In this document: piece after piece, positions 23,957 to 42,600 of the stretch | How the letters are laid out: every line of letters starts with the position of its first letter | Numbering within the stretch: the first letter of the stretch is position 1 | NCBI GenBank assembly: GCA_001244265.2 | Contig: CDLV01000006.1 | Coordinates: 930,001-994,000 of the forward strand | Direction of reading: 5' to 3' | Source of the DNA: Microbotryum violaceum | Taxonomy: Eukaryota | Length of the DNA: 64,000 bases | Position numbers and translations under genes: made by a program | Notes under the pieces: model-generated | Database searches by the model: none | Told to the model about the DNA's origin: nothing | What the model saw: the letters and a program-made list of their open reading frames with translations, nothing else

Positions 23957-25290
23957 AACTGGGGAAGAGGTGACCAGAGTTGAGCGTTGTACGAGAGGTG
24001 AATACGATCGAGGATGCCTGGCCAAAAGGAGTAGGTCGCTCCGGTAACGGGCGGTTGGTCTCCTCGGTCGTGGCTCGCTGCAAGGAAGCGTGCGCGCGGC
24101 TACCAGCTGCTCTGTCTGGTTCGAGTGCGAACTCGCGAGTGCTCTGCGGTCGATCGAACTCGGTGCAAGGCGCGATCAAACACTTGGCACAAAGGGCAAG
24201 TCAACCGTAGACGAACAATGGATCCGAGGTGATCGGGGATACGCGTCGATCCGAGGACGCTTGGAGCTGTAGTGGCCAAGTGCGAGGCCGTTCAGCAGGC
24301 GGTGCCGGGCGTCGCGTGAGGGGAGATCGAATCGAGCGCTCAGGCAATGGGGGGTCGCTCGAGCACCGACGCGGGTGGGTCGAAGTGAGGTGTAAGTTGT
24401 ACGACGTCGAGTCGATGGGGGATCGGATGAGTCGAGGCAGAGGAGGAGGGTCAATCGACACAATCAAGCGTCGTAGACGGTGGGCGGGATGTGAGGGGAC
24501 GAGGGCAGAGCCAAGGTGACAAGCGTCCTGGGCCCAGTCAAGTCGGTCGAGCCCGTCGCCCGTCGCCGCACGTCGAGGCGTCGCTCGTGGGCGTGTTGCC
24601 CGCCAAAACATGGACCCTCAGGCCGCTCCAAACGCGGTCGTGATCGCATCGAGTATGGGATACTTATGTGAGCCGGTGCGTCATCATCCAATTCTGTGCG
24701 AGCGAGGTAAAAATTCTGACCTTTTCTGGAGTGATCGCAGAACCCAAAAAGCTTGAAGATTGCTCTGTTCTCGTTCATACCTTTTGAGGAAAACATTATC
24801 GGCTGCAGTGGCAAGAAGCGCCGGCTCGCCCTCGCTGCGGTAGCATCGATCCTTCCCCGCACCCCAGTGGCAGTGGTCGAGGGGTGCGGAAATACCTAGT
24901 AGCTCGATTTTCGAGTACATTAGGCTTGTGCACGGGCATGTATGACGGTGTATCTAGATCTCATAGTTCATATCATTGATTTGCATAGGTGTGCACAGTC
25001 ATGCACACGAGTGCATGCGCTCGGGAATCGGACCCTCTGAGTATGACGCGCTTGATCCACCGGCGCCCGACTTGCCTCGGAGGTGCGAAGGAGAGGTCAA
25101 AATTTCGTTTGGAGGCCTCTTCTATGCCGGTCTACAAACTCCAACGGCGCGGACTTGCACCTCTTCCATGGTGCGGTTCCCGAGATGTGAGTCTAACCTA
25201 TATTGATACTTGGTGGAAACTCACTGAATCGTATCTGTCCTACGCCCCATCCGTGCATTAGTAGTACTCAAAGGGTGACCTTCTCGAGTC

Positions 25291-25490
25291 GGCCACGAAT
25301 ACATGGGCATCATCGAGCAAGTCGGCTCATCGGTTCAGGGTCTGCAGCCTGGCGATCGAGTCATCGCCAGCTTCGACGTCACTTGTGGAGATTGCTACAT
25401 GTGCAACTGTGGGCTCACTTCGGACTGCCAGCAGAGCAACAGCAGCAACCTCATGAACGCCTTCTACGGCAATCGAATTGTCGGCCTGAG
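25291..25490 (+). pseudogene. Fragment of a zinc-dependent MDR alcohol/formaldehyde dehydrogenase
   Basis: GHEYMGIIEQVGSSVQGLQPGDRV..CGDCYMCNCGLTSDC (GHE motif and structural Zn cysteines); no Rossmann domain or rest of gene visible. Confidence 0.7.
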
Positions 25491-26201
25491 GGCCCGGACC
25501 GTCGGCATTTTTTCCCTTTCTTCCTTTGTGTCTTGTAGTTTCCGGAACGCACGCATCAAGATGCGCAAGTGGCACCACGGATTGAGAATTGAGTGATTGG
25601 TCCAGTTCGTGCGCAGTAGTACGCATTCACCGAGAGTTCAACACTCGTACAAGCGAGTGGCCAGTCCATTTCAAAGCATCTGGCGGGAGAGTAATACCGA
25701 AAACGTGCAAAAAGGCATAGAGATACCCCACCTCATCAACCTCCGTTCTCGAGCAAACTTGCGACTCGAGCACGCGGCGGCCGGCGCAAGTTCGAAGAAT
25801 GTGATCGAAGGCCCGAGTGATTCCACTACCTCATCTTGGCAATATCTCTATCACCAGAATTCCGTTAACCAGAAATCAGCATGTTCTCGAACCCTTTCAT
25901 TCTACCCCGCCGGCCCTGATAACCGAGGAGCTTCGACTCGATCGAAATGATGAACCTCGAGTACGTTGCGAAGACAGTATGCATAAAAATTCCAATAGAT
26001 CACACAAATGAAAAGCATGCACATCAAAATCGTTAGGAAACCCTAAGCGTATCGTCAAAAGCCGCCACCCGCTCCCAAGCAGAACGGGCCATGCGTACGT
26101 CGAAACTCCTCCTCCTCCACCACTTAGTTGTCGAGACCTGGGTATACCATCATGAGAGACCGCAAGAAGACCAAATTCATATCGAGGGTTTGTGTGTACA
26201 A

Positions 26202-27681
26202 TCATGAGACAACGCAGCTCGACGGTCTCTGGCCATCATGGTCGCCATTTTCTCCCGGTCCACTGCCTCTCGTTTCGCCTCGCCGCCTCGCGTGGATCGC
26301 TACTCGAGCCGCCTGTATGACACGAGGGAAAGCATCAGCCTAAAATCAGGCGAAGAGTTTTACTTGGTATTGACTGGCCTCTTCGAACGCTTCCCTGACG
26401 CCACGATCGAACCTCGCCGAACACTCGAGATACCTCGAAGCCCGAATCGATTTGGCCACTTCCAAACCCTGATGGACGCCGATAACTCATGCATCAGTCC
26501 CCGCACAGCTTCATCCCAAACTCCTCCTCCTCACCTGTTCGTATTGTACGGGGTATTCTTGATACCGCGCAAGAGATGCCTTGGTTGCCGGATCGTCTCG
26601 AAGATCACATTTGAGTGCGACGAGGCAGACCTTGACGCCGGGACAGAGCTCGTGCACCTCTTCGATCCATTTTGTCACCACTACTCATTGGAACGTCGTG
26701 ATCAGCATACTTGAGATCAGCCGCGCAAGCGTAAGCGATACTCTGACTTACCATTCTCGAGTGACGTCGGCTGATCGACGGAGAAGCAAATGCAAATGAC
26801 GTGCGTGTCGGCATACGACAACGACCGCAATCGATCAAAGTCCTCCTGCCCTGCTGTATCCCAAAGCGCCAGCTCGACCGGTACATTCTCGATCGTCATG
26901 TCTGGTGAAGGGGACAAATGCGAGCCGGGTCGGTCGGTCAATCAAGGTTTTCGGGACTCTTGAGGGAAGACCAGCCGACTCACCTTTGACGTGGTTCTCG
27001 AAGACGGTTGGCTCGTAGTTCTATAAGGTAAAAGGTGATGATTGTATGCCTCGTGAGTGATGGGGATCGGGGCGGCTAGGCGAGGGCGCCAAGGTATCGA
27101 CCTGACCTCGGGGAAATGACCGTGGACAAAGACGTTCAGAAGCGACTGCGAGCGAGCGGAGCGCCTCTAGCGGTCAGTACATATTATCCGAGAGGTCAAG
27201 ATAATCGAAAAACGAAAGCGATTCCGTACTGACAGTCTATCGGGACGGACAGAAATGAAAAGTGAGGCCAACGTTGAACGAGGTATTGAGGCGCGTCAGC
27301 TCCTGCAGTGTGGCGGTACGAGAGCCAATAGCGATCCCGAGATGGCTCATACCTTTCCACATGCACCATCGCCAATCACGACCACCTGCAAGGAGCGGTA
27401 GACGAATACGTGAGCTTGCGGTCAAACGCCGAAATGGAACCTCTCGCGAAAGTTGATCTCGAGCTGAGAAGAGGGGCCCACCTTTCTGGAGAGCTGTGTT
27501 ATACAGGTGTGCCGCAAGATGAAGAAGTCAGGTGACAGCTCAAGCATAACCTGAAGCGTGCCGAATGACGATTAGACTCAACGGGTTTGCCGGTCCTTTG
27601 TGCCTCTTGCGCCGGTGCTTCCTGATTCCGATGGCGATTTGGCTCGTCGTTCGAGCCGCCAAAGCCGCAGAGGGGTGGCAT
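26202..27681 (-). CDS. RHO3: Rho-family GTPase, Rho3-like
   Basis: MPPLCG..|[75 protein letters not shown] (CAAX). Confidence 0.88.
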
Positions 27682-28507
27682 CGTCTTGATTCTGGGACTG
27701 AGATGGGTGTGTTGAGGCTGTCGAGTGCAAAAGTGCCGGGGAAGCACGCAAAATGCGCTGTGCCGGTGCTTTTGGTGCGGTGCTGTATGGTAGTGCTGTG
27801 CCCGTGAAACAGGTCGCGAGCAGAGGAGCGAGTCGCGTGCAAGTGGCCTGCAAGTGGCGGCGTATAAGCTCGAAGCCTCCCCCTGTGTGATAGGGCTTAG
27901 TACATTTCTTATCCGCGCGTTCGGCTGAGTTGTCCTCCGAAACTTTGGCCTGGAGCCAAGCGGAAAGAATAACTAAAATATGCTTCTATCATGATAAAGC
28001 TTGTAAGCCGATGGCTAGACTCTGGAGGACGAACCGTCAGAGTTCTTTATGGGTGTGCTACAGCAGCAAGAAAGTGCCCAAATTCTTCAAGTCCGTCCGA
28101 GAAGACTACGCACCATTTCGGACCACTTGCGTCCAGAAATGAACACGATGGCTCGTTATTGTTTCGTGTTTCGGCCCTTCTTTAGGAAAGTTTCTGCAAG
28201 TTGGCAGATCGCCTTTTTCCAATTGGATCCAAAAAGCGAATTCTGCGCTTTGCCATGCTGGTTCTCCCTGCTTATCAACTCAGAAAGAAGAAACCCCCTC
28301 GAAATGACTGAGAACTCGCAGGGCAGCTGGGCCAGGCGTGCCGGATCTACGTAAAAACAATTCCTAGAGATTGAGAAGAGAGGCTCTATTGAGCTTAGTG
28401 CCGGCGTGAGCTGAGTACGGGCCGCCTCAAAGGATCTCATTCCGAGTCCTCCCCACACCCGACCGAGTCGCACGGTCAATCTCATCTGCCAAATTCGACA
28501 CGTGCAA

Positions 28508-29088
28508 ATGGCGCCGAGCTACATCGACTCCAAAGGAAACCTCCACGACGAGGCCCCATGGCATCATCAAGTCCTCGTCTTTGTGCAGGAAGCCTGGCTT
28601 GCTTTGTGGCTCTTCTTATCCACTCTGATTAACGTCAGTCCACACTCAAGCCGCTATCCGAACGTCTGTTGGCCGAAACTCTGGAGAGCGCCAGCAGACT
28701 GAGTGTCTCGGACGCAGGAGCTGATACCGCCCTACATCTCACATAGCCAACTGCAAGTAGAAGAATCCCTGCAGGGCGCTCGATGCGAGACACGAGGAGA
28801 CGAATCCGAGGCGAACAGGAAGCGAGGAGGCCGTCGTCGGCGAGCTCGAGTTCAGCCCATGCATCGGCACGGGGCGACACTTCAGGAGGCAACAGTCGCC
28901 GAGGTGGAAGTGGAGGACCAGCACCTGCGAAAGGAGCTCGGACCATGAGCGATATAGGCAACGGAGGGCCTGGTGAGTTATCGATGCTTCCCGTCGAGTC
29001 GGCCTGGGACTACGGCCCAGTGCATACATTGACCTCTTTCTTCCCCTCCACAGTTGTAAACGGATGCCATTCAGGGTCATGTCGTTGA
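28508..29088 (+). CDS. Selenoprotein K/G-like small membrane protein (Cys form)
   Basis: MAPSYIDSKGNL..APW..TM helix (LWLFLSTLIN), Gly/Arg-rich tail, ARTMSDI, ending GCHSGSCR*; two GT-AG introns. Confidence 0.7.
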
Positions 29089-29384
29089 AATCGTTCTTTC
29101 ACCATGTCTGTATCAAGATCTTTGTATTTGTCATGTCATTAATACGAGCTTCGAGCCGTCTGTATAGCCGAAAGTCGTTCCCGACTTGCAGACCTTGTCC
29201 TACTATACAACTTGACCAGGTGGCCGCGAGCAGAAGCATGGCGTTGCCAACAAGAGTTGAGACGGAAACAAATCATTGCATTTCATTTTCATAGCCAGGA
29301 CCTGGAAACACGAGCAGAGCTAACAGCGCAACACGAGAGCACAGCACAGCACGGCACGGCACAGCATAGTTAGGAACTACGTGA

Positions 29385-32728
<3,344 letters not shown>

Positions 32729-34575
32729 GATGGGCCAAGAGCGAAGGGATTGGGTGATGAAGGGAGGTGGTAATGAGGGTGGGCGTCGACTGGAATTGAC
32801 ACGTTGCGGGGAGGTAACGGGTCAAAGGCGGCGAACAGCGTGAGGACTGAGCTTAAGAGGCACATCGACCCACGGCGCTGACGACGCTTACACGTCAGAG
32901 CGTGCCTGCCTGCGCCTGCAGCATCCTGGATCCTGCCAATTGCCTGTGCGCCTGTGGGCTGGGCAGACCCACGGCCCAGGGTCTCGCCCTGGCAGATGTT
33001 CAAGTTGGCTCTGACTCGCCCAAGAATTGGCTCCCAAAGAGGTGGAGTCTGGTATCTTGAAAAGTGCGACGAATTTGAAGGTAACGCCGAGCACAACTGA
33101 ATCCAGCGCCCACTTGTTGTGGATTGGTATCTCACTACGCCTCCCTACCAACCGATCTGCTGATTCAGTTCTGGGGGCTAGTACGACTCGTTGTCAACGA
33201 ATACCATCAATTGGTCAGTTTCGAATCCGCTTTGAAAACGAGTGAATGTCATTTTATGTGGTGCTCATCGAATAGATGCCCCATAGACACTGGACAGGGT
33301 TGTCTACAGCAAAAGTCCAAGACGCGCTGCTGGAGTGGGGTTGCCGAAAATGCCGAGACAGGGGCTACCCGGAGTATCTCTTCGGGCAGAATGCAGCCAG
33401 CAAATCCGCCTTGTCGCTCCGGATGGCTTTAACCTCGGTCATCGGTCAGATCATCCCTATTACTGAACTATGAGAGTCGAATGTCATGTCCGAATGCATT
33501 GCTAAAGCCCGCATTCTGCCTGATTTGCTCCCAACGCCGACCGTCCCCGAAATAAAAAGCTGGCCTTGGCTACCAACGCCGTCGCCTTGGATCCAAGTCC
33601 ACATTTGTGCAGCTCGACAATGAGTTGACTTCAGGCCATAAGCGACGTTCCAGCGGTGAGTGGCTTGAAATTTTTGATCGGACCCCCCCTCGAGCGCTAT
33701 GATGTCTCTCGTCATCGACTCATCAATCACTTCGACTTCCAGGAGTCCGGTCACAAAGATACAACTCCCGCTTGTCAGGCTCCAGTCTTCGGTCGGAGAA
33801 GGGGTAGAAGGACTGCCTCTGGCGTGAGTGGAGGCAACTCCGGTGATACCGTGATAGTAAGCCGGCAGAGGCCGGCAGACGAGTTGCAATCGCTTGGCCA
33901 AGCGCCACAGTGCGCGGGCCGCGGCGCAGATCGTTTCTGATCCGATATCTGACTTGACGGCGATACGAGTGCGAGGGTAGATACATCGGATGTTGGCGGC
34001 TCCCGGTAGGGATAAAATGCAATTCCTTGTCCACAGAAGAAGGATGGGAGCCCAGGTTCCCCTCCTCTGGGTGTCGTACAGCGGGACACAGAAAGTGGCC
34101 TGCTCCGTTCGGAGCTCCGCGAAGCGGGCCGTTGTACGTCGTCGGCTAAACGTTGACTGGTTGCGATCTGTACAAGAGCTCCTGGAGCGGCAGTGACTCA
34201 CAGAGTACTGATCCGACTTCAAGTTGCTTGTTCGAATGGATCATGGAACCAGTGCTACTGCTGTGCTATGCACCACTCCTGCGCGATGATCGCCTATCTT
34301 GCGTATCGATCTCGTAGCTATCCGTTGACGATTCCACGACGACCGATTGTTTCGAATCGATGATAAGTGAACGCTGGGGCGCCGGGCTCCCGCGAGTCGG
34401 CGATCGATTTCTCCGTGCGCTGGGCCCGAGGTGGATCGGCTCCAGCCGGTCGTCTTTGCTCTGCTCTTCCACCCTCTTTGACTCCGCTCCCATCCGTTTT
34501 CCCCCGCACCAGCGCCCCTCCTTTTTATTTCCCTACCTAACCCTCAACTCAAACCACCCCACCTAATACTCTACC

Positions 34576-36888
<2,313 letters not shown>

Positions 36889-37730
36889 TCAGGAAGGGTG
36901 GCCCGATGTTGTATAATGTTGTGTTCTTGGCCCTCTCCCGCCCTCTATTACTAGAAGCGTCACTTGATCAATTTTTTTGTCTACTTTGCTCGCATTGAGC
37001 CTCTCCCTCGATGGGCTAGATCCCCGAGGAAGAAGAACTGAAAAGCAAACATGCGCCAAGTTTGCCCTACCTACCGAGTAAGCGCGAGAAATCTTCCCTA
37101 GAGACGAGTCGCCTCATCCAAGTGTGCTTTTGAGTAAAGGGTAAATGGGGCAAGTCGCTGACCGAGGGATTCTGCACATCACTCGCGATCTCGTTCGGAA
37201 TGAAATTGTTAGCTAAGGTGTAGGGTTGTATTTACAAGGGTTTTGTAAAAACAGGAGTATCATGTAGAAGATGGAGAAAGAGCAGAGCGACGAATTGAAG
37301 TGTAAAGAAGACGGGGTTTACGAACCTGCAAGAAAGACAAGTGTAAGGGAGAGAAGCGAATGTTTATATGGGGGAGGCAGGAAAGGGGGAGAAAGAAAAA
37401 GACAAAAAGACAACGTGCGGAGAAGGCGAGAACGAGATGGTTACGTGGTGCAGTGTTTACGAAGGGTAGGTCGGAGTAGGGGATGTTGCATCTGTCGAGC
37501 ATCTAGATGACGTACAGTAGGCGACGAGTATGCGGAAGAAAAGAGAACGACATTGGTGCGATGATAGCCTCAGAATCGAGAAGAACAACGCGATTCCTTT
37601 GCAGCTGGGCCCTGTGGCCACCGAGTCCTTCCGAATTGGATGAGCGAAGAGAAGGGTCGGACCTCTGGTCGTGAAAAGAGAAAACTGAAAGTGTCTGTTC
37701 GTCATGCTATGCTGCTTGTCCGATTCCTCA

Positions 37731-40027
37731 TCACAGATATCGCATCACCGCGAGCGCTCCAACGGTGAACGCCGTCATCATGACGCCCAACTCGATGAAC
37801 TCCTGCTTTTGCGCCGCTCCGCCAGTCACGCCGAAGAGCGAGGGGAACGACATGTCGCGACCTCGTGTGGTCGCCGTGATGATGGCAATGATGGTCTGGC
37901 CGTCAGCGTTGACGGTAGCCGCAGGCGTCAGCGGTTGGGTGTAGTTCAAAGGCGGCGCTCGCTCGTTCGCCCAGAGGAATCGGGTGCCCATGGCGCGGAA
38001 GTCGGACGTAAGTTCTCGGGCGACGTCGGTGGCGTTGGTCACTCGGTAATCACGCATGTCCTGCGCTCCGGTGTTGTCGCTTTCGAACTTTTCGTACTCG
38101 AAATGCATGATGAGCTTGAGTCGGGAGAACGTGTCGAGGAAGGTGGTGTTGGTGACGCAGTCGCTGAGCCAGCCTTGCTGCAGAGCGGCTTGGGTCGCGC
38201 CGTTCGTGTGGTTGGTGTGGTAAGCAGCACCGCTTTCGGCGAACATGCAAGCCTTGGTGGGCTTGTTGATGCAGTAGTTGGTGTACCAAGGCGTGATGGT
38301 GGTGCGCGTTTGCGGGTTCAGCCCCATGATGACATTATGGCAATAGCCTGGGTTCTGGACCTCGTTCTCTTGTTGCGCCGAATCTTGACCTTTATAGTAG
38401 ATGGACAGTCCGATCCAGTCGACAACCTCGTCACCAGGGTAGTAAGGAGCGAACCCGTCGTCCGCGACAGTGATGGCGCCATCCCCGTTCGTGTCGAGCA
38501 AGGCGAAATCAGCAGCCGAGGTGGCGGCGAAAGATTGACCGTAAGGGTATCTGAACGGAAGTGGAGGCGGAATTGGGCGTCAGCATACGATGCAAATTTG
38601 GCGACGGCGCAGCCACCGTTCGTTACCGCCGGTGTCAGGCAAGAGACTCACCCCTGAACGGTATTAGGCGCCCACACCATGATCGTGTCGGGTGCGATCG
38701 CCTTGACGGCGTTGTACATTTGATGCCACGACTGGTTGAACGCGGTCGGTTGCTGGCCATACTGGTTCCATGTTCCTTGCATTTCGGGTGCGTAGCGCAA
38801 GAAGACCGTTCGGTTGTATTTGACTTGGTCTGTGAGAGGTAGGGGCCCCAGCGAGCAAGGGGGTTCACCAGACGACATCAGCGCTCAGACACACCGATAC
38901 CAGCGCCACGCCGAGTCCATGCACAACCTACACTCAAGAATCTGGGACCCCAAGGCAGTGAAGTCACTGGTTGCGACGGCTGCAAACCCCGTGGCCGGAT
39001 AGACGGTCAAGAAGATGGCAGCGTCGGTGTTGGTTGCCTCGATGAGCTGTGACGGACGAGCACATCAGGAGGGCGTCAGAACGAGTGTAGTCGCAAATCT
39101 GAGCATAAGAGAGTTGGCTAACCCTTGCAGGCGCGGGGCCACCGACACCAGTGACATAGTTGAAAGGCGGTAGAGGAATTTCTTGCGCGAGCTGGAAGAC
39201 GGGCACGTTCTGGCCTAACCGCTGGTTGAACACATCGGGTGTGTCACTGTAACCTGCAAGCGACGGGAAGTGCGGGTCAAATATCAGTACCTGGGACTGC
39301 GGGCGAAAACTCCCTTTGTCGATGGGCTGTTAGGTGTGATGATCGCATATCGTCGGGAGGCGGCTCTGTGCGGGCATGGAGTTGTCGGCGCCCGAGTGGC
39401 GACGTCAGGCACTCCGGGAGCGATGAACATCGCCTGAGCCGAGCGAGTCGGCCGTCGGAGCCATTGACGACCGTGACGTCCTCGGGAGCATCGACGAGAG
39501 CTATTTCCGACCGCGATGAGCCCGGGGATCCGTTTTGTACGATGAAGCACCCTGTCGGCACCTCTGCGTTCCCACACGCCGTTGCGACCATCTCTGCACA
39601 CCCAGCAGACGGCGCACCCACCCGGCACGCCTGAGCCGCCCCTGGCCGTACGGAATTCCACCTAACTTGATCCGTCTTGGCCCTGCCCGGAAGCCGACGG
39701 AGGCCTAAAAAAAGGTACGCCTAGCACCCAAAGAGGCGGAAGTTACTAACCTGCTGCTGGATCGAACCAAGCACCGAACAAGACCTGATTGCCCGGGGGT
39801 TCGTATCGAGCCGCTCGTGTGACCGGGGCCGCGCCCAGTGCGAGCAGGCCGATCGTGAGCGCGCCGAGCAAACGCGTGCGACGGGCGAGTGACGGTGACG
39901 GCGACGGTGACGGCGACGGCGACGGCGAGGCCGCTGGGCCAGCAGCGCAACTTGTCCGACTTGTACTTGTCGACGGTCGACCGCACGACGACGGAGAGCA
40001 CGATGAACACGACGACGAGCGAGCCAT
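37731..40027 (-). CDS. Glycoside hydrolase family 26-like protein, membrane-anchored
   Basis: LFGAWFD, FLRYAPEMQGTW, MVWAPN, PYYPGDEVVDWIGLSIY, FAESGAA; hydrophobic N-proximal and C-terminal segments. Confidence 0.82.
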
Positions 40028-40777
40028 GGTCGAGTGGACGGGGTGATCGAGCTGGGTGAGACTGAGCGAAGAGGGGCGATGCAACGTGCGGGCGGGCGAC
40101 AGGCGACGGGGACGGGCGGCGCAAACAAGCGGGCGCAGCAGCGACCTGCAGCGATTCAAGCGAGAGAGCAGCGATTGGGGACGGGGACGGAACACGGAAC
40201 CAGGCCGAACGCGGTCGACGCGGGTCTAGCACACCGGTGGGGAGAGAGCAGAGGCGAGGAGGGCGGCGACACGGCCAAAGGTGGATGTTGATCTCGTGGC
40301 GAGCTATAGAGAGGAGAGCGTAGCGTGGGAGAAGAGAGAACAGGGACGAGTTTGGAAGCCCGTCGTGGCGGATGAATGGGTGTTCTGCGACGCGCGCGCG
40401 CACGGGCACCGATGCTGGCGCGCGCACGATCATTGTTCAAAACGCTCAGGCGCTCAGGCCCAAATTTCGCAGAGCGCTCGGCGAGTCGGCGCGTCGGCGA
40501 GTCGGCGACCGGACAGTGGTGCAATGCTGCTCGAGTCGTAACTAGCTTGTTGGGTCAGGACTCAGGTCCATATACATACAACACGACAGCTGAACGATGG
40601 CGTGATCCTGGCGGGGAGAAAATTCCTCGCAATGCGAACTCTTATTTTGGGCCTTGCAGCATCTGCGGACACCGATCGATCTGGCCGATTTCGCCGAGGG
40701 GTTTGTGACAGACCGCGCAAACCGATAATAACTGGCATAGCGTCATATGTTCATCCAGATTACAGAAGTTGGAATGT

Positions 40778-42088
40778 CTACAATTTGCCCTTGCCCTGGA
40801 GGAGCGCCTCCAATGAGGAAGTCGTTGTCGCTTTCGTCTCCTTGACCAAACTCGAAACTCGTCGGAACGCGGGATGCGATGAATCGACTGCATCACACAA
40901 ATATCAAAATAAAAATAATAAAAATTAGCAGACTGGGTTTCCTTAGATGATCCCTACTTGTAAGCACTGACCCATGAGCTGGAACAAGGCACTCTCCGAG
41001 GTGGTAATTTGTGCTCCGGAGGCTTGCATTCGCTGTGAGCATGCAACAAGACCATTCGACATCAGTACCGCGATACCTATAATTTTCACAATCAAATTAC
41101 TGTATCGTAATGTAATGACACTCGAAAGCGAGCCCCGAGACCGAGCACGAAAATCTGAACTCACAGAGAGAGCGACGCCAACTTCACCCTGGTTGCACGA
41201 CGACACACCATCGGCCAAGATATGTACGCTGTAGTTGCGCTCAAGGAGATCCAAGCACGTCTGCAGCACACACACATGGCTCTGGCCGTATGTCGTCCCA
41301 ACGGATCCCGGTCCGAACAGAACAGGTCAGTCAAATCGTTCCCATCCCGGTCAGACCGGGGCTGTACAGAAACTGCTCCAAGGCACCGAACCGACCTCGA
41401 TACCAAAAATGACGACCGACTTGGTCTTCCACTCCTTCAACTGCGCCTCGACCTCGGGCAACATCATCGAGAACTTGGTCTTGGCGATCGCTCCTCGGTA
41501 CAACGACTTGGGGAGCTTTTCAAGCGAAAGCGGTACGGTTGCGCCGAGCGCCTTGGGGTTTTGCTCCGTGACGATCACGGGCACTTCGAGTAGAGCGGCG
41601 GCCTTGGTCATTTTTTCTGCTGTGTTCATCACACTGTCATACGCATGGCTGGATGATCGAGGAGGGTTGATATACAATGGCAGTCAGCTGATCCAAAATC
41701 TCCGGTTGAAGGACCGATGCCGCGATCGACCGAGACAGTGTGGGGTCGGTCGCCTACATGACGGGTCGGAATCGCTCTTGCTGTGCGAGTTCGAGAGAAG
41801 GACCGGAGTCAGTCCAAGCCCGTTCCATCCAGAGCCAAGAAAGATGTGCACCTACGATATCGCAAACGAAGAACGCCGTCTGGAAACATCGCACGAGTGC
41901 CATCATGCCATGGACGATTTGCGGAGATCCGTTTCGGTCAGTTCCGGTCCCGGCCCATTACCAAGTCCTGGGTTTGAAGGAGTGAAGGAGATCGTGGTCT
42001 ACGGGAGCTCGAAACGCGACAGAAGGCTTACAGCACCAGGTACAAGCTTGACCACTCGGGCAGAGGATCCTGTGAGAGCTTCAAGCAT
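40778..42088 (-). CDS. Isochorismatase-like cysteine hydrolase (ISOC-like)
   Basis: TAFFVCDIQERFRP, TEQNPKALGATV, KTKFSM, FGIE|SHVCVLQT, ADGVSS, TTSESALFQL. Confidence 0.9.
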
Positions 42089-42600
42089 GGTAAACTGGGT
42101 GTGGCTTGACGGAGCGGGATTGGAAGTTGATGTGGCCAGGAGCCAAGCCACGAGCGACCGGATTCAGTCTTACTGCTTGCCGAATGCGCGCGATCGGGAG
42201 CGGGGCCCGGCTTCGGGGCAGATAGTACATTCTCTTGGAGCAAGTGTAGCGGCTCTACGTGGGAGTCGTGGTTTTTCGTACTTTAAGAAGGCTCTTTCTG
42301 GCTGGGCTTTGTATTTTCACTCCGGTCAGAGACTGCAATGGCGTGTGCGCTGGAACTGCCGCCCAAGAGTTGATTCCTCGGGAAACTTGCTTCGGACATT
42401 CAACAAAATAAAGGACCACTTGCCTGATGGCTCTGTACTTTCAAGTGGGATGTTTACACTTTCTGAAATTCAGGAGCTCGACCAAGACTTGACTGCACAC
42501 AAAATCCAAGAGTTTCGGCCGTCTATTGCGGGACAAAGTCGGAAGGGTACTGCCAAAAGGAGAAAGGAACGATGACCATGGTCCGGAGTCCCTCGAGAAT

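Noticed and set aside
29086..29088. Terminal TGA of the SelK-like gene as a selenocysteine codon
   Set aside because: Cys already occupies the subterminal position, no SECIS was recognised, and Dikarya are not known to have Sec machinery.
41235..42575. 446-aa plus-strand ORF
   Set aside because: Antisense to the well-supported isochorismatase-like gene, non-ATG start, no domain.
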